Origin: an uncultured Leptospira sp.
GTDB taxonomy: Bacteria; Spirochaetota; UBA4802; JAGODF01
NCBI GenBank assembly: GCA_964502925.1
Contig: CAZCYH010000008.1
Span: 4,185-68,184, forward strand
Reading direction: 5' to 3'
Length of the DNA: 64,000 bases
Of the stretch, positions 36,358 to 46,366 are shown piece by piece. The stretch's first letter is position 1, and the number at the start of each line of letters is the position of its first letter. Made by a program: the position numbers and the translations under genes. The notes under the pieces were generated by a model that saw nothing but the letters and a program-made list of their open reading frames with translations, did not search any database and was not told the origin of the DNA.

Positions 36358-37356
36358 TCAGTGATAATTTTTGAGTGCTTGCGCTAGTTCTTCGCGTATT
36401 GATTGCGCAAGAAAATCGGGTTCCAGCACCTTCACGCTTTTGCCCCACGAAAGAATCCACTTTCTTACTTCAATAATCGAGTTCGTGATGAAAGATAATC
36501 GCATGCTCCCATCGTCATGTTCAACCATGGTCTGATTGCGGTGCCACTCTCTTTCCCGCACAAATGGTGCAGCTGATGTATCAAAATGCAGCACCACTTT
36601 ATATTCTTCCGACTCAGTCATGATGCCGAAATTGGGGCCCATGTACTTTTCAAAGCTGAATGAAGATGGATAATCGAAGGTTTTTTCATGCATCTCTGCC
36701 TGCTCAATGCGCGAAACAGCGAATTTCAGTATGTCATTCCTTCGATGGCAGTAGCCGATGAGATACCATTCGCCCCGGTAATTAGCCATGTGATAGGGGT
36801 CAACCTCCCGTTTCGTTTTTTCCTTCCCCGGCGATCTGTGGGTAATATGTATCGTTTTCTGGAGCCTGAGTGCATCGGAGAGAATATCCCATATACGTGC
36901 ATCAATTTTCGTGCGCCGTTCGGGCAGAAATGAGTATTTCGTATCAAGCCAGGAAACTTTTATGCTGATTTTTTCAGGAAGCAGGGAGATGATTCGGTCG
37001 AAAATGCTTTTTAATTTTTCATATACGGGAGTGTTTTCATAGAGGGATAAAGCTTTTTCGGCTATCATGAGGGCGAATAAATCGCTCTCTCTCACATTAA
37101 TATCGGGCAAGCGATATCCAGATTCGGAATAATAATATCCTTTTTTTGATTCATTATATTCAATTGGCGCGCCAAGCATATCTTTCATGTAGCCGATATC
37201 TCTCTGGATAGTTCGAATGCTCGTTTCGTATTCCTTTGCCATGGTGACGCAGTTGGGATAGCCACCTTCCCTGAGTTTTTTATCGATATATAAAATTCTG
37301 GCATATTGAGGTTTGAATTTTTTCATAAAAAATTCCTTTTTTATAACCCCGGACAC
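36358..37356 (-). CDS. WYL-domain transcriptional regulator (HTH + WYL + C-terminal extension; YafY/PafBC-like)
   Basis: 332 aa. N-terminal wHTH (ILYIDKKLREGGYPNCVTMAKEYETSIRTIQRDIGYMKD). A central WYL-type domain (VDPYHMANYRGEWYLIGYCHRRNDILKFAVSRI) and a C-terminal WCX-like part. It is divergent from ssb. Confidence 0.8.
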   Translation of the reverse strand: MSGVIKKEFFMKKFKPQYARILYIDKKLREGGYPNCVTMAKEYETSIRTIQRDIGYMKDMLGAPIEYNESKKGYYYSESGYRLPDINVRESDLFALMIAEKALSLYENTPVYEKLKSIFDRIISLLPEKISIKVSWLDTKYSFLPERRTKIDARIWDILSDALRLQKTIHITHRSPGKEKTKREVDPYHMANYRGEWYLIGYCHRRNDILKFAVSRIEQAEMHEKTFDYPSSFSFEKYMGPNFGIMTESEEYKVVLHFDTSAAPFVREREWHRNQTMVEHDDGSMRLSFITNSIIEVRKWILSWGKSVKVLEPDFLAQSIREELAQALKNYH

Positions 37357-37571
37357 TATTTGTCGGGGGTGTCATTGTATGTTTTTAGTGTACCGTAAGC
37401 GATGTGTGATGCAAGTTTTATTTCATCACAACGGCACGGTAAAAGACCAGCTTTTGGGATTTTACATCACGGATCTAAATTGCTGCAGATCGGCGAGGGA
37501 ATTAGGAACCGCATGTCTAAATCCGGCAAAAGGTGGTAAAAAATCAACTATTAATTTAAAAGGAGTTACCT

Positions 37572-37907
37572 ATGAACACTGTATGTCTGGGCGGAAGGTT
37601 GGTCAGGGATCCCGAATTGAAAACGACGGTTAACGGCAAGTCCCTCTGTACCTTTACTATCGCCAATGAAGTCCGATTCGGCGATAAAAAAAAGACCTGT
37701 TTTTTTCGTGTGACTTCCTGGGGAAATCAGGCGAATGTCATTGCGCAGTATTTCAAAATGGGACAGCAAATATTTCTGAAGGGTAGGCTGGATCAAAATA
37801 CGTGGAAGGATGCTGCCGGCGCAAACCGCAGTGAAGTAAGCATCATTTTGGAAACTTTCGATTTTGGTCAGAAACCGCTGAAAAGCGATGAAGCCAAAGT
37901 CGCATGA
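37572..37907 (+). CDS. ssb: Single-stranded DNA-binding protein (short form, no acidic C-terminal tip)
   Basis: 111 aa. OB-fold SSB N-terminus (MNTVCLGGRLVRDPELKTTVNGKSLCTFTIANEVRF…FFRVTSWGNQANV). It ends …KSDEAKVA without the DDDIPF-type tail. AAAAGGAG RBS. Confidence 0.8.
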   Translation: MNTVCLGGRLVRDPELKTTVNGKSLCTFTIANEVRFGDKKKTCFFRVTSWGNQANVIAQYFKMGQQIFLKGRLDQNTWKDAAGANRSEVSIILETFDFGQKPLKSDEAKVA

Positions 37908-37946
37908 TGTACATGTAATAACCTTAACCTTTATCCCTTCATTTCG

Positions 37947-37971
37947 GGCCGCACATGCGGCCTTTTTCTTT
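37947..37971 (+). terminator. Rho-independent terminator downstream of ssb
   Basis: GGCCGC-ACAT-GCGGCC hairpin followed by TTTTTCTTT. Confidence 0.7.
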
Positions 37972-38037
37972 GGTGCGCCCGGAATGAGCAGATTTGCGTC
38001 CGTGAAAAGAAAAAACGGAAATTGCTTGATAGCGTAC

Positions 38038-38066
38038 TTGACAAAAAATATTATTTGTAATAATAT
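38038..38066 (+). promoter_or_regulatory. Putative sigma70-type promoter upstream of the 38112 gene
   Basis: TTGACA at 38038-38043, a 17-nt spacer, then an A/T-rich -10 candidate (TAATAT/ATAATA). It lies about 45 nt upstream of the start codon. Confidence 0.3.
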
Positions 38067-38111
38067 ATTATTGATTTGTGCAGCGAAAAATAAAGAAGCG
38101 GGGGAAATATC

Positions 38112-39356
38112 ATGAAGAAGCTCATCGTTATCGTTCTGGCTGTATTTTTACTTTTGCTGGGTGCCGTTATTGCCTGGTCGACGATCAAATTTAATTCATT
38201 CAGTTTCAGTGAGGCAGCGATTGCGCTGGATGAAAAATCGCTCGGGTATTATTTGGATAGTTACGAACGTTCCCGCGATGCGTTCAGAAAAGTTTCCGAT
38301 GACATCGGAAAAAAATACAAGAATGTGAAACGCCTCACCCTTGCTGTACCATCGAATATTTCTGAGGGCTTAACGGTAGACGTCCTGTACATTCCTCAAA
38401 GCAAAGGACGAAAACGGCTTTTGGTATTGTCATCCGGTGTTCACGGTGTGGAGGGATTTGTGGGCAGCGCGATTCAGCGAATGTTTATCGATGATTTCAT
38501 CACTGCGGATTTGCTACATTCAATGGGAGTGCTCATCATACACGGGATGAATCCCTACGGATTCAAACACTATCGGCGGGTGACCGAGAACAACATAGAC
38601 CTCAATCGCAACTGTGATACCGATGAGGCCCTTTATGCAACAAAGAATGAAGGATACCCCAAAGTATATCCCCTCATAAATCCAAAGGGTTCTGTTGACA
38701 CGTCCGCATTTGGAAACAGATTTTTTCACATAAAAGCAATCAGCAATATCCTCAAGACTTCGATGCAAACCCTCCGGCAGGCGATTTTGCAGGGTCAATA
38801 TGAATACCCGCAAGGAGTGTATTTCGGTGGAAAACAGCCGGAGGCGCAGGTGAAACTCGTCTCAAAAGAACTCGGTCCAATTTTGCGACAATATTCTATA
38901 GTGCTCAATATCGATTTGCATACGGGCTATGGCGAAAGGGGCGTTTTGCATCTGTTTCCCAATCCTATCGAAGATAAGAACATCAAGGCGAAAGTTGAGA
39001 ATGTGTTCAAAGGATTTTCAATAGACTGGGGCGATACAGGGAGCTTTTATACCACCACCGGCGATTTTTCGACATTTTTGGGCAAGCTCATTCCCGGAAA
39101 CACGTATCTGCCTATGACGTTTGAGTATGGTACCATGAATAGCAATACCACTCTCGGCGCGATAAAATCACTGCATGTGACGATTCTTGAAAATCAGGGG
39201 CATCATTTCGGGTATGCCTCCAAAGCGGATGAAGTACGGGTAAAATCGAATTTTCTGGAGATGTACTATCCCACATCTCCCTCATGGCGGATGAAGGTGA
39301 TGGAGGACACCAAGAAGGTGATGCAAATCGCACTTGAGAATTTCAAAAGCATGTGA
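38112..39356 (+). CDS. Zinc carboxypeptidase-like protein (M14 / succinylglutamate-desuccinylase-aspartoacylase-like fold), membrane-anchored
   Basis: 414 aa. N-terminal TM/signal anchor. Zn-site-like blocks (SSGVHGVEGFVGS; IHGMNPYGF; DLHTGYGE). Confidence 0.5.
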   Translation: MKKLIVIVLAVFLLLLGAVIAWSTIKFNSFSFSEAAIALDEKSLGYYLDSYERSRDAFRKVSDDIGKKYKNVKRLTLAVPSNISEGLTVDVLYIPQSKGRKRLLVLSSGVHGVEGFVGSAIQRMFIDDFITADLLHSMGVLIIHGMNPYGFKHYRRVTENNIDLNRNCDTDEALYATKNEGYPKVYPLINPKGSVDTSAFGNRFFHIKAISNILKTSMQTLRQAILQGQYEYPQGVYFGGKQPEAQVKLVSKELGPILRQYSIVLNIDLHTGYGERGVLHLFPNPIEDKNIKAKVENVFKGFSIDWGDTGSFYTTTGDFSTFLGKLIPGNTYLPMTFEYGTMNSNTTLGAIKSLHVTILENQGHHFGYASKADEVRVKSNFLEMYYPTSPSWRMKVMEDTKKVMQIALENFKSM

Positions 39357-39429
39357 TTGCGAAATTACAGCGATTACAGATGAGTCAAATTTGACGGTGT
39401 GTTTTTTGCCGGAAGTATATCGATGATAA

Positions 39430-41517
39430 TCACGAAAAAAACACTCGTGCATCAACTATTGAAACGCCTCTTCCTTGTTCGTGAACAATTACCGGATTGA
39501 GGTCGATTTCTCGTATTTCCGTGTGATGTGATACAAGGTGAGCTACTCTACAGATGATAGCGGCAAACGCATCAATATCGAGCGGAGGTGTGCCCCTGAA
39601 TCCGCTAAAAAGCTTATACGACTTGAGCTGTTGTAGCATATCGAGGGCGATATTTTTCGTAATCGGCGCAAGGCGGATTGCACGGTCTTTGAAAAGCTCC
39701 ACGTAAATACCTCCAAGCCCCGCTATCACAATAGGCCCGAATGCATCATCCTGCTTTCCGCCCACGATGAATTCATGCCCTTTTGGTGCCATCTCCTGTA
39801 AGAGAAAGCCTTCGATTCGTGGATGTTTCGGCATGGAAGCAATAGCATTGTGCATATCGATCATGGCGTTTTTAACTTCCTGTGCGCTGGTGAGGTTAAT
39901 GCGCACGCCGCCGATGTCGGATTTGTGAGATGCATCGCGCGATAATAATTTCAGTGCCGTGGGGTAGGTGATCTCTGCGGTATCGATATCATTAGCTGAT
40001 GTAATTATTTTTCCGGAAATCGGTAGTATTCCCGCCGCTTCGCAGATTTTTAAAGCTTCATGGGTCAGAGGTATGCGGTTTTCATTATCGCAAAGAGTTT
40101 TTATATCTTTAATTATCGCATCATTGATCTTAAAAGATGGTTCCTCCCCCCGATTGTCGCGCAATGTCCTTCTCCTGTGATAATACAGTGAGCCCCATAG
40201 TGCAGTTGCGGCCTGAAGCGGCGAAGTGAATGTCGGAAACGGATGGTTCATGGAAATGTCCAAAATTTCCTGCGCGTCCGAGATGAGCGTCACCGCAACT
40301 GGCTTCTGATGCTGGCGGACAAGATCGCTTACGCCGCTTAAAAAGGTTCTCGACATCTCTGCCTCATAGCTCGACTGGTAGAGATGGTTGAATATGATGC
40401 CGTCCACGCCCGGCAGTTTCATCGTTTCTTCGAGTATTTTCGTAAAGATGGTATAATCGAAAATCTCGCCTAAATCGAGCGGATTTTGATGGGCAATAAT
40501 GTTGGTGTCGTAGAGCGTTTTGATTTTTTCAATAAATTCTTCTGGAAACTCAATGAGTTCGAACCCATACTTTGCGCACGCATCGACCGTTATGACTGCG
40601 TGACCGCCTGAGCGTGAAAGTACCGCGACGCGATTGCCTTTCATCACAGGCAGCATGAGCGTTTTTGCGGCAATAACCAGCTCATCTTCACTTTTCACGC
40701 GGATGACTGCCGCCTGATGAAGTGCCGAGCCCACCACATCGTCGCTTGCGGAAAGCGCCGCGGTGTGTGATTGCGCGATTCTGGCGCTCATGGGCGACCT
40801 GTTTGATTTCTGCACCACGATCGGCTTATCGGATTTCATTGCAGCATTATAAAAATCTCGCCCGCGGGTGAATCCTTCCAGATATATTAAAATCGCGTTT
40901 GTTGAGGGATCGCTGATAAAATATTCAAGGCAGTCAACTTCATCGATATCGAGCTTGTTGCCGACAGCGACGAATTTGTTAAAGAAAATGTGGTTTTCAT
41001 TACAAATGCGCATGTAGGTATCACCCACGCCGCCGCTTTGCGATACGATTGAAATATTTCCAGATTTCAGAGCTTTTTTAAATATCGCAAACGGCATGAA
41101 AAGCTGATTTTCCGTATTGATGGTCCCGATGCAGTTTGGGCCAATTACGCGCATGCCGTATTTTCTGGCAATTGTGAGCACTTCCTCTTCAAGGTTTTTT
41201 TTCTCTTTTGAGAATTCGGTAAAACCGCCCGATTCAATCACAATATGTTTGATGCCTTTTTTGCCGCAATCTTCCATGAAGCCTGGAACGGTCTGAGCCG
41301 GTGTGATGATGATCGCGACATCGGGAATTTCAGGAATATCTGCTACACTGCTGAAAACCGGCCTCCCCTGAAGCGTTCCAGCCTCTTTTCCCACGCCATA
41401 GACGCGCCCCTTGAAGCCCAAATTGATGTTGCTAATCATGATGATGTGGCCAAGATTGATTCTTTTCAGAGAGACGCCAATGACGACGATGCTTTCGGGA
41501 TAGAAAAATTTTTTCAT
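39430..41517 (-). CDS. acd: Acetyl-CoA synthetase (ADP-forming), fused alpha/beta (NDP-forming acyl-CoA synthetase family)
   Basis: 695 aa from ATG 41517 (MKKFFYPESIVVIGVS…, a classic ACD N-terminus; the track ORF starts 14 codons earlier). CoA-binding and succinyl-CoA-synthetase-like domains are followed by an ATP-grasp (…EIREIDLNPVIV…). Confidence 0.85.
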   Translation of the reverse strand: MKKFFYPESIVVIGVSLKRINLGHIIMISNINLGFKGRVYGVGKEAGTLQGRPVFSSVADIPEIPDVAIIITPAQTVPGFMEDCGKKGIKHIVIESGGFTEFSKEKKNLEEEVLTIARKYGMRVIGPNCIGTINTENQLFMPFAIFKKALKSGNISIVSQSGGVGDTYMRICNENHIFFNKFVAVGNKLDIDEVDCLEYFISDPSTNAILIYLEGFTRGRDFYNAAMKSDKPIVVQKSNRSPMSARIAQSHTAALSASDDVVGSALHQAAVIRVKSEDELVIAAKTLMLPVMKGNRVAVLSRSGGHAVITVDACAKYGFELIEFPEEFIEKIKTLYDTNIIAHQNPLDLGEIFDYTIFTKILEETMKLPGVDGIIFNHLYQSSYEAEMSRTFLSGVSDLVRQHQKPVAVTLISDAQEILDISMNHPFPTFTSPLQAATALWGSLYYHRRRTLRDNRGEEPSFKINDAIIKDIKTLCDNENRIPLTHEALKICEAAGILPISGKIITSANDIDTAEITYPTALKLLSRDASHKSDIGGVRINLTSAQEVKNAMIDMHNAIASMPKHPRIEGFLLQEMAPKGHEFIVGGKQDDAFGPIVIAGLGGIYVELFKDRAIRLAPITKNIALDMLQQLKSYKLFSGFRGTPPLDIDAFAAIICRVAHLVSHHTEIREIDLNPVIVHEQGRGVSIVDARVFFS

Positions 41518-41705
41518 GTCGGAAGCTCCATGTGGTAATATGCATCCCGGCAGTAGCAATAATCGCAGTATGACGAGTCCGATTGCACACCTGGAAATGA
41601 ATTGCGTTCACACCGTTATAATAATTTTCTGCAATCTGCCGCGTTGATAACACAGTGGGTGGCGCATAATATATGTCAACAATAAATGTTGGTTTGTTCA
41701 GCAAC

Positions 41706-43529
41706 TCATGTTTCGATTCGGTAGTGCGATTTGATTTGATCCAAAACCGCTCTTTCCTCTTCAGTAATGGTGTTATCAGCTAATGCAGCTTTTTCCATCA
41801 GCCGATAGATTTTTGCAATCTTTGATGGATTTTCCGGCATGCGAATGCTGAGCTGACCGCTTTGTGCCATCTGGAAAAATGGATCTAATTTTGATTCATT
41901 ATAACCCCATTTTCTGGCAAGTCTTCGCGCAAATTCCTTCTCTTCATCCTGAAAGGCGCCATCCGCCGCCATGATGACCATCACGTTGTTAAACGCGAAA
42001 TCCCGCACATCCATGAGTTTGTCTAAGAGTTTCACATCCTTTTGATATGAAAAATTATCGATGTTTGTATTCACATATTCTTCGTAGTGCCCGGGGGAGA
42101 GGATATCGAGCACAATCCATTCTCCTTTGGTGCTATTGAGAGCCGAACCGCAGTAGGCACAGGTGATCGAAAGAGAATTTTCCACAGGGGCGCCGCATGA
42201 AGCGCATTGGTGTGCGTATATTGAGCCCTTTGACGGAGTGAAGTTTTTATCTCGCCCCAGAAGCATCACCTCGGTTCTGGATGTTACCGCGTAATCAATT
42301 TTTTCAATGGATTTTGCGCTCAGGCGGATCCGCTGAAAGGATGATTTGATTGCGACAGACAATATGTTTTTGGTGCCATCATCCGAAACGCCGATGAGCG
42401 TCACGTCGTGTAAATATAAACGATTGTAAGCTATTTTTTCATCTTTCACTAATTCAGAAGAAAACTTCTGGAAAAACTCATCGCTGACGAACCGTCGCAT
42501 CACAGCCGGATCTTTGAAAGCGCATGCTGTGAGTATCTGAAGATAGCCATTGCTCGCCTTGTCTTCAATGAGCTGTACCGCGAAATCTTCGTTTTCGTCG
42601 ATGAGGCTTCGGATTTTTTCCGTGAGAGCAGGAGACTTTGAAAGCCGCGGGTTGGCAGTGATGTAGTCGTCCGCCTGCGTGATTTCCGAAAGGACCCAGT
42701 CGTATTCGCCGGAGTTGGTGATGGTGTTGCATGAGGGGCACTGGCTGAGCTCGCCCATGTCAGGGGGAAGCGGCGAGCCGCAATTGGGACAATCGTACGT
42801 AAAGTACATATCTTTTCGTGGTTTGTCGCGCTTTTTTAAAAACGACCAGAATTCCACGAATTCTTCATAGCCACCGGTATTCAACGATGAATCCAATTCG
42901 CTCACGAATCTGTCGTGCAATGAAGCGTGGATGGCAGTGTGTACGATATCGTACAGTCCGTCGCTTTCAACGCGGTCGATGTACACATTTTTTATGTTGA
43001 TGTCGGAGATGATGTTTTTTTGTTTGAGAAGGGACATCATTTTGAATTGTGTATTGAAACGCTGATACACACCGTCGGAGATGAAGTGGCGTATTTCCGA
43101 AACATTCTGTTTTTCCCATGCTTTCTGGACCTTGATAAATGTTTCCCGCACAGCCCGTTTGAAAAGCTCTTCATCGAAGTCGGGATTGGCTGCGATGAAA
43201 CGGTCATATCCTTTTACTTTTTTTATCGGTTCACCCGAGGGAAGCTGGTTTAAAATCGTTTGTTCTTTAATTTTTTTCTGGGACATTCGTGTGACGATAA
43301 TAAATCCTACAGTTACGCCGCCGCCAACAATGACATTAAAAGGGAAGGGAAGTTCGATGATGATGCGAATGAGGATATAGATGAGCGTGCCAAGCCCTTC
43401 ACCGCCACCATCACCTCCGCCGAAATCACCGCCACCGCCTGCACGCGCATAAAGGGCTGCAAAAGTACATGCGAAGATGCAGCACGCAAGTAGCGAAATC
43501 CAGGTATATTTTCTAATGTTCATCATCAC
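41706..43529 (-). CDS. Membrane protein with Gly-rich N-terminus, two Tim44-like domains each followed by a Cys4 zinc ribbon, and a C-terminal TerB-like domain
   Basis: 607 aa. TM helix, a GGGGDFGGGDGGGEG tract, and a second TM helix. A Tim44-like/NTF2-like block (FKRAVRETFIKVQKAWEKQNVSEIRHFISDGVYQRF) and a second copy follow. Two ribbons are present (CPNCG…CPSCN; CASCG…CAYCG). The C-terminal TerB-like part is VMVIMAADGAFQDEEKEFARRLA…ITEEERAVLDQI. Confidence 0.6.
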   Translation of the reverse strand: MMMNIRKYTWISLLACCIFACTFAALYARAGGGGDFGGGDGGGEGLGTLIYILIRIIIELPFPFNVIVGGGVTVGFIIVTRMSQKKIKEQTILNQLPSGEPIKKVKGYDRFIAANPDFDEELFKRAVRETFIKVQKAWEKQNVSEIRHFISDGVYQRFNTQFKMMSLLKQKNIISDINIKNVYIDRVESDGLYDIVHTAIHASLHDRFVSELDSSLNTGGYEEFVEFWSFLKKRDKPRKDMYFTYDCPNCGSPLPPDMGELSQCPSCNTITNSGEYDWVLSEITQADDYITANPRLSKSPALTEKIRSLIDENEDFAVQLIEDKASNGYLQILTACAFKDPAVMRRFVSDEFFQKFSSELVKDEKIAYNRLYLHDVTLIGVSDDGTKNILSVAIKSSFQRIRLSAKSIEKIDYAVTSRTEVMLLGRDKNFTPSKGSIYAHQCASCGAPVENSLSITCAYCGSALNSTKGEWIVLDILSPGHYEEYVNTNIDNFSYQKDVKLLDKLMDVRDFAFNNVMVIMAADGAFQDEEKEFARRLARKWGYNESKLDPFFQMAQSGQLSIRMPENPSKIAKIYRLMEKAALADNTITEEERAVLDQIKSHYRIET

Positions 43530-43924
43530 GTTTTCCCTGGATTATTGATTCCGCGCCGCGATGTTGTTGTTGCGTATATGCCTCCGCGCGATGTCCACGT
43601 TATCTCAACGGTGAGCCATTCAGGTTCAATCGCATTATATAGCGCGGTTGCGATTTCGTCGGTGACATATTCCTGCCAGATTTTTTTGTTTCTCCAGAGT
43701 CGAAGATATTCGCGTACCGATTTGCTTTCGAGCAGTTTCCCGCGCGGAGCGTAGCGAATGGTGAGCGTGCCCTGATCGTGGCGCTCTGAAAGGGGGCAGA
43801 GGCTCTGGAATTCCGGATAGACCCACTGCACTTCAAGATTGTTCGCATCGGTAGGTATTGTGTCGAATGAATAATTTTCAATTCTTTCGACAGGCGCCTC
43901 GCTCGCGCGAGAATAATCCGTCAT
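43526..43924 (-). CDS. queF: NADPH-dependent 7-cyano-7-deazaguanine reductase QueF (type I)
   Basis: 132 aa. Catalytic Cys region (EFQSLCPLS), the QueF motif ESKSVREYL, and a T-fold. The stop overlaps the downstream gene start by 4 nt. Confidence 0.85.
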   Translation of the reverse strand: MTDYSRASEAPVERIENYSFDTIPTDANNLEVQWVYPEFQSLCPLSERHDQGTLTIRYAPRGKLLESKSVREYLRLWRNKKIWQEYVTDEIATALYNAIEPEWLTVEITWTSRGGIYATTTSRRGINNPGKT

Positions 43925-43950
43925 TGCATGCCTCCTCGTAGATGATTGTC

Positions 43951-45498
43951 TCAGCGATTCCTGTCAATTTTTATCAGGTACCAGCCGCTTCCGCGCTTGC
44001 TGAAAATTTTAATCTGCACCCTGCCGGGATTATCGATTGTGAGTGCATCGCCGGGAATGGAACCTGTCGCTTTTCCAGTTGAACGCCCATCGTTGAAGAC
44101 TTCGAAATCGAAATCGACATTCTGAGCATGGTAGATGGTGTAGGTCGAATTGAAGCCTTCCTGCCCGCCAAGAAGATAATAATCGATATCGCTTTGATTA
44201 TCCAGTTCTCCGAAGATAGCCATATCGGAAGACTGAGTTGCGTCTTCCGGGGTATTATTCGGTTCTTTTTCCGCTGCACCTCCCGGAGAAATAATTATGG
44301 TGTATTTTCCCCTGCCACTCACGCGGTACACGCGGAGATGGCAGACGCCGGGAATAGCTCCAGAGACGGTATCGGCCTGTGATGAGGAATGGGCAGATGC
44401 AACGGTTGTATCATCGCTGAAGACATCGAAGTTGAAATCAGCATCCTGGCCGTGAATGATGGTTATTGCGGCGAAGGTGCCCTCCTGACCGGAAAGGCGG
44501 TACCAATCTTCCGCGTCGTTTTCATCAAGCTCGCCCTCGATGATGATGGTGCCAACCTTATCTGCGCTGGCACGCGCGTTGTTGGGTTCTCTCTCGCTGG
44601 CGCCCTGAGAGGTAACAGCCGGATTGGAAGTGACCGATGAAAGAGCCCTTTCGACAGCAGGGATGCCCTCACGCGGGTCTATGGGTAAAAAAAACGATAG
44701 GTCGGTGTACTGGGGAGGCATCTGGCCGATTGTCCAGTTGGGGTATGTGCTTTCAATAACGTAGTAATTTTTTCCCCTGTATTCAATTGAAACACCGTCA
44801 GCGCCTGGGAGGTTGATGGCGGCCATTGCATGATGATACCGGTAGGAATCGAGGACCACCGCATCATATCCACACTCGATGAAGAGCAATACCATAAGAA
44901 GCGATTTTGTGTCACAGTCGCCCGCGCCGTGCCAGCCATTGGTCCTATCCGGAGGAGGCGGGCCTTCCTGCCCCTTTCCGCGCTCAAGAAGCACTCTGGC
45001 CGGAGAGTAAATGCCTATTCCCGGTGGTATGTAGTAGTGCATCGACTGAACGAAACGCGCAATCACATAAACAAGCTGAATATCATTAAGGTTCTGCTCC
45101 TGTTTAATGCGCTTGAAAACATCTGCAAGCCTGGAAATGACAGGACGGTTGAGGCGATACATGCTGTGATAAATGCATTTCCAGTATGAAAGGAGAAAAT
45201 TCCTGTCTGTGCGGTCGAGTGCAAAAAGGCGTCCCTCGGAATTTACGAGGCTTTCCCTGTCGATCTCCTTGAGCAGCGCTTCGGCTGAAGTGATGTCGGC
45301 TTCGGATACGGAAAAATCGATTCTATATGGGCTATCCGTGCTGAATGTGTAATAGCGAATGCTTTCAGCATGAGTGTCAGTCTGCGGAATGTTCACCTGC
45401 TGAGGAATTTTTGTTTCCGGCTGTTTTTGCGTAAATTCGATTTTTATGCATCCGCCGAGAAGAGTCAGAAGCATTGCAGCACACGCAGTTTTTTTCAT
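43951..45498 (-). CDS. Lipoprotein with putative papain/transglutaminase-like core and two C-terminal PPC (pre-peptidase C-terminal) domains
   Basis: 515 aa. Signal peptide with lipobox (LLGGC). A Cys-centred block (GAGDCDTKSLLMVLLFIECGYD…YHHAMA) is present. Two ~80-aa repeats match PPC (EREPNNARASADKVG…DWYRLSGQEGTFAAITIIHGQDADFNFDVF and EKEPNNTPEDATQ…DYYLLGGQEGFNSTYTIYHAQNVDFDFEVF). Confidence 0.55.
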   Translation of the reverse strand: MKKTACAAMLLTLLGGCIKIEFTQKQPETKIPQQVNIPQTDTHAESIRYYTFSTDSPYRIDFSVSEADITSAEALLKEIDRESLVNSEGRLFALDRTDRNFLLSYWKCIYHSMYRLNRPVISRLADVFKRIKQEQNLNDIQLVYVIARFVQSMHYYIPPGIGIYSPARVLLERGKGQEGPPPPDRTNGWHGAGDCDTKSLLMVLLFIECGYDAVVLDSYRYHHAMAAINLPGADGVSIEYRGKNYYVIESTYPNWTIGQMPPQYTDLSFFLPIDPREGIPAVERALSSVTSNPAVTSQGASEREPNNARASADKVGTIIIEGELDENDAEDWYRLSGQEGTFAAITIIHGQDADFNFDVFSDDTTVASAHSSSQADTVSGAIPGVCHLRVYRVSGRGKYTIIISPGGAAEKEPNNTPEDATQSSDMAIFGELDNQSDIDYYLLGGQEGFNSTYTIYHAQNVDFDFEVFNDGRSTGKATGSIPGDALTIDNPGRVQIKIFSKRGSGWYLIKIDRNR

Positions 45499-45538
45499 GA
45501 CCTCCTCCTTGGGCAGTGATATGATGCGTGAAAAGGCA

Positions 45539-46189
45539 TTATTTCAGCTCGCCGGATGGGGCAGTTTGTTCAGCATGTGCGATTATCGTCGCATTGCCAT
45601 GATGGACACGCGCATGCAATGTGGGCCATTCCATGCGAAGTTCCGTTCTCGGCGAGCTGGAAACTTCCGGAAGGGGTATGATCCCCTTTAGCAGTTTGCC
45701 GATGCCGGGCTTGAGAATCAGCGCCATGGAGATGACAAACACGGAAAGAAAGATCGCAACTGCCTGGTTGTTTTTCTTGATTTCAGCGAACTCGTCCACG
45801 CTGGTGGTGAGGATGGTGAAAAATTTCATCGATAGCCAGAGCACAAAAAAAGAAATAATGATGGAAAGCGCAAAGTGAATAAACATAACAATGTATATTT
45901 TAATTTTAAACATTGCCGTTGTCGGGCCGACGTAATTGAAAATATTGTTTTTGAACGCTTCCATCGCTGCGCCCACGGACTCTTCTATGAACAGCGCAAC
46001 GGAAAAAATGATCGCGGCGTTTATGAGCGCCACGGCGATGTTGTTTTGCCGCATTTCGGCCATGTCGTCAATGTCGCGCGTTAGGGCGTTGAAGACTTTG
46101 ACGAAAAGGAATAGCGTAACAGTGCCGAAAACGAGTGAAATAAGGACATACACGAGACCATAAAGGAAGATGTCAAGCTGAGTGGTCAT
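45539..46189 (-). CDS. DUF350-type membrane protein (two repeats)
   Basis: 216 aa. Two internal repeats, each with a TM helix and a DEIxxxNxAVA block (DIDDMAEMRQNNIAVAL; DEFAEIKKNNQAVAI). Confidence 0.55.
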   Translation of the reverse strand: MTTQLDIFLYGLVYVLISLVFGTVTLFLFVKVFNALTRDIDDMAEMRQNNIAVALINAAIIFSVALFIEESVGAAMEAFKNNIFNYVGPTTAMFKIKIYIVMFIHFALSIIISFFVLWLSMKFFTILTTSVDEFAEIKKNNQAVAIFLSVFVISMALILKPGIGKLLKGIIPLPEVSSSPRTELRMEWPTLHARVHHGNATIIAHAEQTAPSGELK

Positions 46190-46366
46190 GGGTAAAACCT
46201 CCGTACAGGTGATATTTCTAACTGGTATTGCGTAATATTAGGCCTGTGTTTTCCGTTTCGTCAATCATAAAATTTTTTTATCTATATTGTATAAAAATAA
46301 ATACTTGAAAATAATATGAATAATTTTCATTATTCCAAAAAACAATTCAGTTGTTCAGGAAAACTC

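Noticed and set aside
35462-36460. 332-aa minus-strand ORF
   Set aside because: It lies antisense across two well-supported plus-strand genes (STAS-like and GNAT). It has no recognisable motifs. A long antisense frame is expected from codon bias.
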